IMG/VR virus record: IMGVR_UViG_3300036801_000174
Span: 1 to 64,000 of that record
Direction: 5' to 3' (one strand)
DNA length: 64,000 bases
Origin: a virus
The first letter of the stretch is position 1. Each line of letters starts with the position of its first letter. The notes beneath the pieces are model-generated. The model was not told the DNA's origin, made no database searches, and saw only the letters and a program-made list of their open reading frames with translations. Positions 18,744-27,747 of this stretch are shown one piece after another. Made by a program: the position numbers and the translations under genes.

Positions 18744-19541
18744 TCAGGCGGCGCGGCGGTTCTTCCGCAGCGCGAGGTTCCGTGAGCGCGTCACGGCTTC
18801 AAGGTGAACCGGGTTCACGCAGTGCCGGACATGGCAGGTGTGATGCACGTCGTGCTTGTCGGGGATCGGCCCGTTGGCCAGTTCGTATGAGAAGCGGTGC
18901 GCGTCAACAGGCTCACCGTGGCGGCGAAAGAACTGGCCGTACCTGGTCTTCTGGTTGAGGCTCGCGGTCCACAGCCAGCATGATTCGGTCTTCTCGACCT
19001 TGGCCCAGAACCGGTCTTCCGCCGTCAGCGACCTCGGTCGGACGACGTCCGGATCCTTGAGCCACTTCCGGTAGCAGGGTCGGCAGAGATCCCGCTTGTA
19101 GACCGGCTTGTCCGTCCGGCCGCACTCAGTGCAGACGGTCGGCTTCTCCGCCCTGGGCTTCGCCGGAATGACATCCGGAACGTAGCCCCAGGAGTCGCCG
19201 CCCCGGCCCCTGGCAAGGTTCATGCGGCGCGTCACGGGCTCCAGGTGCGCCGGGTTGCAGCAACGGCGGTGGGCGCACCTGTCCGTAACATCGCAGTCCG
19301 GCTCGCGCGTGTGGCACAGATGGTCGAGCACCAGGCGGCCGGGGATCTCGCCAACCAGGAACTGGTACGCGAGGCGGTGCGGCAGGCGCGTGCCGTTCGG
19401 CATGCCGAACTGGCCGTAGCCGTTCGGCGCGATGTAGCCGGTCCAGGGCCAGCACTCGCCCGGCCCGCGCTTGTCTACCTTGGTCCAGAACAGGCGCTCG
19501 CGTGACATCGCGGACGCCCGGGCAGGCGTAATCTCGGTCAT
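18744..19541 (-). CDS. tandem HNH endonuclease
   Basis: two RFWxKV..CWxWT..YGQF..HR..H.C..C.NP.HLE.VT units. Confidence 0.88.
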   Translation of the reverse strand: MTEITPARASAMSRERLFWTKVDKRGPGECWPWTGYIAPNGYGQFGMPNGTRLPHRLAYQFLVGEIPGRLVLDHLCHTREPDCDVTDRCAHRRCCNPAHLEPVTRRMNLARGRGGDSWGYVPDVIPAKPRAEKPTVCTECGRTDKPVYKRDLCRPCYRKWLKDPDVVRPRSLTAEDRFWAKVEKTESCWLWTASLNQKTRYGQFFRRHGEPVDAHRFSYELANGPIPDKHDVHHTCHVRHCVNPVHLEAVTRSRNLALRKNRRAA

Positions 19542-19573
19542 GTCTGCTCCCGGTAGAAGCGGGCTGGCAGGCA

Positions 19574-19628
19574 GACCCGGCCGGTGCACCACCACCGGCC
19601 GGGTCACGCCATTCTTGCCACGATCCTA
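19574..19628 (-). promoter_or_regulatory. -10 box (TAGGAT) and 13-bp leader hairpin of HNH gene
   Basis: TAGGAT at 19628-19623; perfect inverted repeat 19574-19586/19593-19605. Confidence 0.55.
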
Positions 19629-19672
19629 CCATGACAGACGGTCGTACTCAGCGCGTTTGCGCAGGTCAGGGC

Positions 19673-21169
19673 CTATGCTACGTTCTGCAGCATGCCCATA
19701 GCCACAGGAGCCCGGCAAACCAGGGCACCTACGGACCTTATCTCAAATTCACGACGCGGACCTCCGCCAGCCGTGTTCGCCACGCGCGAGATGCCATAGT
19801 CGAACTGCGCGGTGTCCCGCAGGTTGCGGTACTCCAGCACCGAGGAGATGTTGGCCTGCGGGAACGGCACCCGGTCAGTCCGGGCGATGATCGTGCCCGG
19901 GGGCAGCGACACGTGGACCTCGATCGGCACCGTCACGCCGCCAGCGGGGGCGTTGACGATCTCCCCGACCCGCCCGCCCGCGGTCACGCTGATGCGGCCC
20001 GTGGAGTCGGTGTTCAGGAACGTGGTAGCCGAGTTCGTGCCCAGGATCAGGTTGGCGATCTCCTGCGCCTGCGCGGCGTTGACCATGATCGCGGTCGGCG
20101 AGCACTTGACCTGGTTCCACAGCGGCAGGAACAGCTTGGCCTCGATCTCCGTCACGGTGCCACCGGTGAGGGTCAGCGCGGCGCCGTCGAGGGAGGCGTT
20201 GATGGACGGGTTGGTGGTCCCGGTCCCGGACTGCACCCACTGGCCGGTGCCGTTGTAGTCGCCGGTCAGGTTGGCCACGAAGCCGTCGTAGTCGTTGGCG
20301 TTCGCCGAGCCGTTGTCCGCGCTGGTGTTGATGGTCGGGACCGAGTTCGCGGTGCCCTTCCAGCTGGTGGACATGTCCGGGCACTGCGTCGCCGGCGGCA
20401 GCGTGTTGTTGCTGGAGATCGTGGAGGTGATCGTGGCGGTGTTGGTGGTCGTGGTCGTGTAGTAGTACCACGTGGAGGCGTCCGCCGAGTAGAACCAGTC
20501 GTAGGCCACGGCGCCCCGCACGGAGGCTACGGTGGCGGTGACCGAGTTCGTGGACCCGGACCCGAATGTGGACACCAGGCTGGAGGTGCCCTGGCTGTTG
20601 CCCGAGCCGTAGTAGTAGCCCGAGCCGGTCCGCGCGGCCACGCCCACGTACAGGCTGACAGCGCCGATGGAGCCGCCCGTGGTGTGCTGGGCCAGCGTCG
20701 GCGCGGCAGGGTGGGCCAGCGCGAACGACTGGGCGCCGAGGAGCTTGCGGTCGTCGGCGATCAGTACCTGGTTCAGGACGTTGAACGTCGTTATGGCATA
20801 GGGGTCCCCGTACCCCTTCGCCAGGTCGAAGGCGTCCTGCGTGACCAGGCCGGCGAGGCCGGTGGGCTTGTACCGGGCCTGGAAGTCCTGCTCGAGGAAC
20901 ACGGTCTCGTTGGCGGCGTAGTCGAAGCCCATCGACGGGTCCGGCTGCGAGTTGGTCAGGTTCATGATCGCGCGCCATACCGCGAACGGGTTCCCGTCAG
21001 GGCTGGCCTTGCGGGAGACGATGTCCCGGAACGGGGTCACCACCGGGATCAGGGTGACGAGACCGGACAGGTCGTAGCTGTAGATGCCGGTGGACTCGAG
21101 GATGCCCGTGGTCTGCGCCTTGTGGATGGCCGACAGGGTTTCCTCGGTCACGTTTTCAAGACCGCTCAT
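19673..21169 (-). CDS. major capsid protein with Ig-like insertion
   Basis: 498 aa after scaffold; AAAGGGG RBS; capsid-like termini (YDLSG..PVVTPFR; APVAMGMLQNV); central T/S/G-rich insertion. Confidence 0.8.
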   Translation of the reverse strand: MSGLENVTEETLSAIHKAQTTGILESTGIYSYDLSGLVTLIPVVTPFRDIVSRKASPDGNPFAVWRAIMNLTNSQPDPSMGFDYAANETVFLEQDFQARYKPTGLAGLVTQDAFDLAKGYGDPYAITTFNVLNQVLIADDRKLLGAQSFALAHPAAPTLAQHTTGGSIGAVSLYVGVAARTGSGYYYGSGNSQGTSSLVSTFGSGSTNSVTATVASVRGAVAYDWFYSADASTWYYYTTTTTNTATITSTISSNNTLPPATQCPDMSTSWKGTANSVPTINTSADNGSANANDYDGFVANLTGDYNGTGQWVQSGTGTTNPSINASLDGAALTLTGGTVTEIEAKLFLPLWNQVKCSPTAIMVNAAQAQEIANLILGTNSATTFLNTDSTGRISVTAGGRVGEIVNAPAGGVTVPIEVHVSLPPGTIIARTDRVPFPQANISSVLEYRNLRDTAQFDYGISRVANTAGGGPRREFEIRSVGALVCRAPVAMGMLQNVA

Positions 21170-21252
21170 GTGCTGCTGCCCCTTTCTGCGGGCATGCGGA
21201 ACAGGCCCCGGCGCTGAGCGCGGGACCTGGAAGTGTCAGGTGAGAAGCGGGG

Positions 21253-23241
21253 TTACCTGCGGCCGGCGTGGATCGCCGAGAGGGCGTCGATGGCCATGGT
21301 CTGCATCTCCCTGGCCACCTCGTTCTGCTCGGGCGCGGTGCCCCGGTAGAGCGTGTTCTTCATCTCGCGGGCCTTGGCCACGTCCACGGGCTGACTGCCT
21401 GCGGGCGTGCGGTCCTGGCCGCGGAGCGTCCCCGGCGGGGGAACTGCCCCGTTGGTGAACACCTTCGGCGCGGCGGGCTGCTCGCCGATCCTCGCGACCT
21501 CGGCCTTCAGCGTCTCGACCTGATCGCTGAGCCCGCTGACGTCCGCCGCCTTGGCGATGTCCTCCGGGGCCCGTGCGTCGAGCGCTGCTGCGACCGCGTC
21601 CACGATGAGGCCCTTCAGCACCTCGTGCGCGTCGGTGGTGTCGTTCGTGGTGGCGGGCTCTTCTGCCTTCGCCACGTCGTCTGTGTCATCGCCCTTGGCC
21701 ACGTCCGCGTCAGCGGCAGGCTCAGGCTCGCCCTTGGCGACGCCGTCAGCGGGAGTGCCCGCGTCAGCGGCCGGGGCCGGGGTCATGTCGGTGGGGTCGG
21801 GAGCCGGGGCGTCCATGCTGTCCTCCGGGCTGTCATCATCGGGCTCGGCGCCGCCCTGAACGGGTGTGACCTGGTCCGGGGGCACGACACCGATGAGCTT
21901 GCCGTTGCAGTCGTAGACGGCGCACAGGGCGTCCTGCCCGTCCTTGGCTACCACGGCGGGCTCAGCGGGCGCCTCAGGCGTCACCGCGTCTTCTTTGGCC
22001 ACCGCGTCAGCCGGGGCCTCCGCGGCCTCCGGGGCAGTCTCAGCGGCGTCCTTGGCGACGGCCTCCGGCACGCCAGCGGTCTCGGTCTGGTCAGCGGCCA
22101 CAGCCGTCTCCTTCTGCTTGGCAACGTTGTCATCAGCCATGGGCGCCGATGGGAGAGATTGGAGCACCTTGTTCAGCGACTCGCCGGCAGTGCGGATCAG
22201 CTTCTCGTTCGCCGACGACAGCACCCGCCCGGCCTTCGCCACCTGGGCGAGTGCCTCGATCACGTCCAGCGGCGCGGGGTCGAACCCGGCCATCGCCTTG
22301 CCGATCATCGCCATCGCGTCCGCGCCGCAGTCCGCCTCCGACTGCTCAGCCACAGCGAACGGGGCCAGCACACCGATGGCGTAGTCGATGGCGATGCACG
22401 CGTCGTTCAGATTCCACGCGTTCTCCGCGTCGCCGGGGTCCGCGACGGCGGCCTCGATGAGTTCCCGGTCGGACAGCACGCCCAGCGCGACCTGGGCGCG
22501 GGACAGGATGCTGCACCACTTCTGTGCCGTGGCCGCGTCTATGGCCTCCCACGCGGGGGAACCCGGGTCGGCGGGGTCGCCGGGGGCGTCACCATCGGGA
22601 GCGGCGAGAGGAACAGTGGGGTCCAGGCCGTCGATGCCGGCGTCGAGCTCGGTGCCGTCAGCCTTGCTCACCGTCTCCTTGAGGCTGCCGTCGCTGGCCC
22701 AGTTGTCCGGGATCATGGACGACGCGCCGAGGGCCTTCGCTCTGCGGATGACGTACGCACGGATGCGGTCATGGTCGGTGCCTCCGCGCCCTACGGCGCT
22801 GATCGCCTTGGACAGGTCGTCCTTGTCGCCGATCGGGTACGACGGGTCGCCGTTGTCGTTCTTGATGGCCGTGCCGGCGGCCAGCATCTTGCGCTTGTCC
22901 TCGGCGCTGTACTTGGCCTTGATCACGGCCTCGTACTCAGCGAGCGCCTTGGCGACCTCATCCAGTTCAGGCGCCGGGGGCTTCTGCGCAGCGTCGTGGA
23001 TCAGCTTGGCGATGGCCGCCGGGCTACCCGTCATGGTCACCTTCTCTTCGGTGCGCTCCGGCTCTGCCTTGGCGATCAGGTCCCGCACGAACTCGGGCTC
23101 CAGGAGGCCAGCGGACTCCCCGTCCTGCTTGGCGATGAGGAAGCGCGGGATGCCGTTGGCGCCCTTGCCGACCAGGTCAATACGGTTGAAATCGGCATCA
23201 ACCAACTCGGTCAGTTCGTCCTCGTCGGCGGTTGTGGTCAC
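21253..23241 (-). CDS. scaffolding/prohead maturation protein
   Basis: 662-aa acidic protein directly upstream of capsid; RIDLVGKGAN N-terminal motif; 14 [VI]AK motifs. Confidence 0.7.
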   Translation of the reverse strand: MTTTADEDELTELVDADFNRIDLVGKGANGIPRFLIAKQDGESAGLLEPEFVRDLIAKAEPERTEEKVTMTGSPAAIAKLIHDAAQKPPAPELDEVAKALAEYEAVIKAKYSAEDKRKMLAAGTAIKNDNGDPSYPIGDKDDLSKAISAVGRGGTDHDRIRAYVIRRAKALGASSMIPDNWASDGSLKETVSKADGTELDAGIDGLDPTVPLAAPDGDAPGDPADPGSPAWEAIDAATAQKWCSILSRAQVALGVLSDRELIEAAVADPGDAENAWNLNDACIAIDYAIGVLAPFAVAEQSEADCGADAMAMIGKAMAGFDPAPLDVIEALAQVAKAGRVLSSANEKLIRTAGESLNKVLQSLPSAPMADDNVAKQKETAVAADQTETAGVPEAVAKDAAETAPEAAEAPADAVAKEDAVTPEAPAEPAVVAKDGQDALCAVYDCNGKLIGVVPPDQVTPVQGGAEPDDDSPEDSMDAPAPDPTDMTPAPAADAGTPADGVAKGEPEPAADADVAKGDDTDDVAKAEEPATTNDTTDAHEVLKGLIVDAVAAALDARAPEDIAKAADVSGLSDQVETLKAEVARIGEQPAAPKVFTNGAVPPPGTLRGQDRTPAGSQPVDVAKAREMKNTLYRGTAPEQNEVAREMQTMAIDALSAIHAGRR

Positions 23242-23318
23242 GGCTCACCTCGGTTCGGGCGTGGGACGATGACGGGATGAGCAGTGAGGAGCCGGAGAGG
23301 CACACCGGGCTGCCGGTG

Positions 23319-23423
23319 CTAGTCGTCGTCCCCGCAGTCGGGACAAGCGCAGTCATTGCCGTCGCACCGGTCGCATCTGCCCTTGCGGCATGGCGGGCAG
23401 ATGAGATCCCAGGTGACGCTCAC
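23319..23423 (-). CDS. 34-aa Cys-rich peptide
   Basis: GTGA-coupled to protease stop; MSVTWDLICPPCRKGRCDRCDGNDCACPDCGDDD. Confidence 0.5.
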   Translation of the reverse strand: MSVTWDLICPPCRKGRCDRCDGNDCACPDCGDDD

Positions 23424-24040
23424 GGCCCGGTCCTGGCGCGTCGGCGGCGCGCTACGCCCTGCGGCGAGAAGCCGCCGATCTTGCCGGCCTTGTAGAGATC
23501 CCATGCCCTGGGCGTCAAAACCGCACCCACCAGCCAGTCACCCTTGCGGACGACGATCCCGTCACCGAGATCCCACGGCTGCTCGTTGCGGTAGATGTAG
23601 CTCTCCACGATCTGCGCCGCTCCGCCGTCCGCGTCGGTCCCGTCTATGTGGAACAGCCCGGAACGCGGGCCATTGAACATCAGGCTCCAGGCCGCTTTCT
23701 CCAGCTCAATTTCGCTGAAAAAATCACGTCCGCCGTCGAGGCCCTTGGCGATGCGGGGATCGGGGCCGGCCTGGTAGGCAACGCCGAGGACGTAGCGCTG
23801 CTCCTCGCCGTCACCCTTAGCGATGCCGTCGCTGTCCGCCAGCACGACCTGGGGGACGGTGGCGGCCAGGAGGCTGGCGCTGACCGTGGCCGCTACCATC
23901 TCAGGGCTCGTGCCATTGGCGTTCGCCGCCGCAGCGAGGTCGCTGAGAACGATCTGGCGCGGGTCGCCGTGGTCATCATCAGGAACACCGGACGGAGGGT
24001 CGGTCAATACGCATCCGCATGAGCAGCAGATGGCCGCCAC
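23420..24040 (-). CDS. XkdF-like putative prohead serine protease
   Basis: EEQRYVLGVAY..D..ELEKAAW..H..IVESY..GDWL..W..K.GKIGGFS pattern; start codon uncertain. Confidence 0.75.
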   Translation of the reverse strand: MAAICCSCGCVLTDPPSGVPDDDHGDPRQIVLSDLAAAANANGTSPEMVAATVSASLLAATVPQVVLADSDGIAKGDGEEQRYVLGVAYQAGPDPRIAKGLDGGRDFFSEIELEKAAWSLMFNGPRSGLFHIDGTDADGGAAQIVESYIYRNEQPWDLGDGIVVRKGDWLVGAVLTPRAWDLYKAGKIGGFSPQGVARRRRARTGP

Positions 24041-24060
24041 CCCCTGCCAGACTGGAGCGC

Positions 24061-24609
24061 ATGAGCGATGACCTGGTGACATGGCTGCGGGAGCAGATCA
24101 CGGCCGACCTGGAAGCGGCGAGGATCGTCGGCGCGGGAGGCTTTGAGCCGGAGCGATGGGATACCGACCCGCCGGGACAGGTGAACCCGGCACCCGCCCC
24201 CTACGGAGACCAGATCAACGCCGTGCTTGTGCCAGATCCCGAGGACCGGCGTGATCGCGAAAGCCTGCCCGGCTGGGTGGAGGTCGTCAGCTATAACCGG
24301 ATGCTCGGCAAACCACCTGAGGCCGACTGCCGGGACGATGACCTGCCGGTCGCGCTTGTCGACTATGGGCGGCGCGAGGTGGATCACATCTGCCGTCACG
24401 ACCCGCGCAACGTGGTCGCCCGCTGCGAGGCGGAACTGGCCATCCTGGATGAGTGCGACCTGCTGCTGAAGGTCGGCATCGCCTTCCCGGATGAGGCAGG
24501 CGTCGAGTCAGCGGAGCGGATCATGCGCCTGATCGGCGCGGCCTACCGTCACCGTGACGGCTACCTGGAGGAGTGGGCACCCGCCGCTGCCCTCCAGGGC
24601 AGCGGCTAG
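24061..24609 (+). CDS. DUF6221-like protein, counter-oriented
   Basis: DLVTWLREQI..HICRHDPRNVVARCEA..AAYRHRDGYLEEWAP; CAGACT-N7-ATG. Confidence 0.75.
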   Translation: MSDDLVTWLREQITADLEAARIVGAGGFEPERWDTDPPGQVNPAPAPYGDQINAVLVPDPEDRRDRESLPGWVEVVSYNRMLGKPPEADCRDDDLPVALVDYGRREVDHICRHDPRNVVARCEAELAILDECDLLLKVGIAFPDEAGVESAERIMRLIGAAYRHRDGYLEEWAPAAALQGSG

Positions 24610-27600
24610 CCCGGGATCAGGCTGCAGTTGCACCGGGGATGAGCCGGCGGCATGGTGTCGCCGCTTGAGAACGGCTGCCCGAGCGGGACGCGCCCCTCCG
24701 CCTCATTGTCCAGGCAGACCGGGCAGACGATCCCCGCCGCCGGGTCGGTGAGCCAGAGGCTGTACTCCACGCCGTTCTCCGGGTACGTGTCCATGGCAGC
24801 CTGCGCCGACGCCCCGGTGACCTGATCCATGGCCGCGCCTTCAGCCACGTCCGGGGCTGCCACGGCTCCGGCCAGCTGGTCTCCGAGGTCCCGCATGCTG
24901 GTGCCGCCGGTCACGCCACCCAGGACCCGGCTGAGCACCGCCGTGAACGCGCCCGTGATGGCTGTGACCGCGGCAGCCACAGCACCAGCCAGGAACGCGC
25001 TGAGCGCCGCGTCAAGGCCGAGAGAGGCAACCTGCCGCACGGCACCCTGGGTGTCCCCGGGCGGGGCGGCCTGCACGACCCTGTCATGGCCGTTCACCAG
25101 TGCCGTGGCGGAAACCGCGCCGATGAGATAGCCGCCGGTCACGATGCCCTCAGCGACCGCAGCCAGCGGCAGCGTGATGCCCGAGGCGGCCAGCCACTCC
25201 GCCAGCCATGCGGCTGCGGCACCGTTGCGGTCCCGCTTGCCCGGTGCGTCTCCTTGCTGTGCCGGGTTGGCTGCCAGGTAGGACATGGCCATCCGGTCCA
25301 GCACGGCGGGAGTCAGTGCCCGGGAGACGGCAGCGGTGACCTGGGGTGCCCAGTAGGCGACTGCCGGGCCGTCATGTTCCCAGCCCGGCCAGACTTTTGG
25401 GGGGCTCGCAGCTTTGGTGACCTCGGCGGCGCCGAGAGGGAAGCGGCCGACATCATTGCCGCAGTGCACTGACAGGTGAGTGAACGTCACCGGGGTCTCA
25501 GGCACGGCGGCGGGGAGCGGGTCACCGGGCTCCGTGTAGGCCAGGGTGACATGCGGGTGCCAGTCAGCATGCTCGCTGGCGGACAGGTCCGCCAGCGACT
25601 CCCGGAGCTGCTCAGCACCAGGGAGCACGACCCCGGCCCATGCGGGAGTCTTCCCGTCGCTGCTGTCCGATGGCGGGAACGTGCCGATGCCGCCCACGGT
25701 CCCGGTCAAGGGCCCGGGCATTGCTGCCGCTGCGGTGCCCGCGCGTTCGCACGCTTGCATCAGTGCTACCTCGTCCACGTCCGGGCCGAGGTAGACGATG
25801 GTGATGTGGTGATCCGTGACGCCGCCCGGGACCGGATCAATCAGCCCTTCCGGCAGGTCCAGCGAGATCATGCCCGAGCGCGGGCCCAGGTCATAGCCGC
25901 TGGTGTCCTTGCGGACTTTCACCCGGGCTGCGGCGTTCAGCTGTGCCGCCTCGGCAGCGTCCACGTGGCGGAACTCGAAGTCGCGCCACGTCCCGGCCTT
26001 GCGCCGTGCCTTCTCGAACCGGCGGAACGCGGCGAGTTCGGACTTCACCACTGCGGCCTGATCCTCCGGGCCGTCCTCGTCGTCGTCCTGCCCGATGAGG
26101 TCGTAGCTGGTGATGCCGGTGTCAGCGGTGATCCCCGTTGTGGGGGTGCCGCCTTCGCCTGCTTCCTTGGCGACCGTGCCCGGCTGCGGCGGCGGCGCGG
26201 GAGGCAGCGCCTTCGGCCCGTACTCCTGCTCAGCGAGGGGCTCGGCCACCAGCGGCGGGTTCGGCAGCACACCCTGAACACCCGTGAACGCCTCGTGCGG
26301 CAGCGGGGCATCCGGGTCCGGGGCGGCGGTCTGCGCGTCGACCGGCCCGGCAACCCCGTACAGCGCCGAGAGGGGGATGGGGCCGCCGCGTGTGGTGAAG
26401 AACACCCGCGGCACCGTCTGGCCCTCGGGCTCGGCCAGGCCGAACCGCATCTCCCGGATCTCAGACGCGCCGACGACGCCGTTCTGGATGTAGATCTGGT
26501 CGGACTGGGCGACGTTGAGCTGGTCGTCCTGTTCCTCGCCGCGGTCGAACTCGAACTCCAGCGGCAGGCCCAGGTCGTCGATGATGAATGCGGACAGGAT
26601 GCCCTCGATGTGCTCCATCAGGGGCAGGTCGCCGACGCGGTGCTGCACGTCGGCCTGCGACTCGCCGGAGGAGCGGTTGACATCCTCGGTGAAGCCCAGG
26701 TCCGACGGGACCACGTGGAAACTTGCGCAGGTCTTCCGCATCAGGAAGAGGCTGAAGGTGTCGGTGAACTCTTTCTCGTTGCTCCACGTGAACTGGCTGC
26801 CGCCGGGCAGCCAGCGGATCTGGTGTTTGGCGGCCTGGTCGCCGTAGATCATGGAGTCCCAGTAGGCTTGGAAGGTCTCGATCTGGTCGGGGTTCCACGA
26901 CTCCGGGGCGCTGGCGAAGGCTTCCGGTATGTTTCCTTCCGTAAAGCGCTGCAAAAAGTAGATCTGGAAGCGTATGTCCGTATTCGCATTGAGCATGATC
27001 GACTCAATAGGCGCGTGGCCGTAGGGCGAGTCGCTGTGCGGGCGGAAAGGCTCGTAGATCAGGTCATCCCTGGTCAGCCAGCCCCACGGCAGCCCGTTCG
27101 CGTACTGGACGTACGCCTCGGCGGGCGGCTCCGGCGAATCGCCCCAGTAATCCAGCAGCGGCGCGATCAGCGTCCCGTCAACCGGCTTCAGCCCGATGCA
27201 CTGCCCCGCGCGGTTGCGCATCCGGTACAGCGCCCCGGCGTCGTAGGCGAGAATGTCGTACGCGTACTTGGCGAACCAGGCCTTGAAACTCTGCTTGCGG
27301 TCAGGCTTCTTCAGCGCCTTCTGCGCAAGCGCAATCGCGCCGGTAACGTCCCCGGTGTAGCCCTGGGTAGCGATCAGCTTCCACTTCAGGCTGCGGATCG
27401 AGTCAATCCTGTGCCAGATACATATGTCCGCAACGTCGTAGGCCCCTATAAGGCCCTTGAGCGCATCGAAACTGACCCGCTCATGCGTCCTCGGGCGGGT
27501 CGCCACGTTGTACGACGTGGTGTAATCAAGGACGCGGGGAGTGCGGGAATACCCGTCATACGGCCCGACCGGCTCACCTGGGGAGAACGGGTGATCGGGG

Positions 27601-27731
27601 CCCATCTGCGAGACGCCGGCCGCCGCCTGGTGCATCGCTTCGGGACCGGGCCCGGCCAGTGTCTCCACGTCAGTGCCGAGGGCTTTGGCGGCGCGGGTCA
27701 GCGTCCCTGCGATGCGAGTGCGGACGCCCAT
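24606..27731 (-). CDS. portal protein fused to 2H phosphoesterase and MuF-like minor head domain
   Basis: portal N-terminal half (YGHAPIES, FHVVPSDLGF, EIREMRFGL); HITIVY and HVTLAY 2H motifs; C-terminal CPVC..PPAHPRCNC. Confidence 0.85.
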   Translation of the reverse strand: MGVRTRIAGTLTRAAKALGTDVETLAGPGPEAMHQAAAGVSQMGPDHPFSPGEPVGPYDGYSRTPRVLDYTTSYNVATRPRTHERVSFDALKGLIGAYDVADICIWHRIDSIRSLKWKLIATQGYTGDVTGAIALAQKALKKPDRKQSFKAWFAKYAYDILAYDAGALYRMRNRAGQCIGLKPVDGTLIAPLLDYWGDSPEPPAEAYVQYANGLPWGWLTRDDLIYEPFRPHSDSPYGHAPIESIMLNANTDIRFQIYFLQRFTEGNIPEAFASAPESWNPDQIETFQAYWDSMIYGDQAAKHQIRWLPGGSQFTWSNEKEFTDTFSLFLMRKTCASFHVVPSDLGFTEDVNRSSGESQADVQHRVGDLPLMEHIEGILSAFIIDDLGLPLEFEFDRGEEQDDQLNVAQSDQIYIQNGVVGASEIREMRFGLAEPEGQTVPRVFFTTRGGPIPLSALYGVAGPVDAQTAAPDPDAPLPHEAFTGVQGVLPNPPLVAEPLAEQEYGPKALPPAPPPQPGTVAKEAGEGGTPTTGITADTGITSYDLIGQDDDEDGPEDQAAVVKSELAAFRRFEKARRKAGTWRDFEFRHVDAAEAAQLNAAARVKVRKDTSGYDLGPRSGMISLDLPEGLIDPVPGGVTDHHITIVYLGPDVDEVALMQACERAGTAAAAMPGPLTGTVGGIGTFPPSDSSDGKTPAWAGVVLPGAEQLRESLADLSASEHADWHPHVTLAYTEPGDPLPAAVPETPVTFTHLSVHCGNDVGRFPLGAAEVTKAASPPKVWPGWEHDGPAVAYWAPQVTAAVSRALTPAVLDRMAMSYLAANPAQQGDAPGKRDRNGAAAAWLAEWLAASGITLPLAAVAEGIVTGGYLIGAVSATALVNGHDRVVQAAPPGDTQGAVRQVASLGLDAALSAFLAGAVAAAVTAITGAFTAVLSRVLGGVTGGTSMRDLGDQLAGAVAAPDVAEGAAMDQVTGASAQAAMDTYPENGVEYSLWLTDPAAGIVCPVCLDNEAEGRVPLGQPFSSGDTMPPAHPRCNCSLIPG

Positions 27732-27747
27732 TAAGCCGCCCCCTCCG

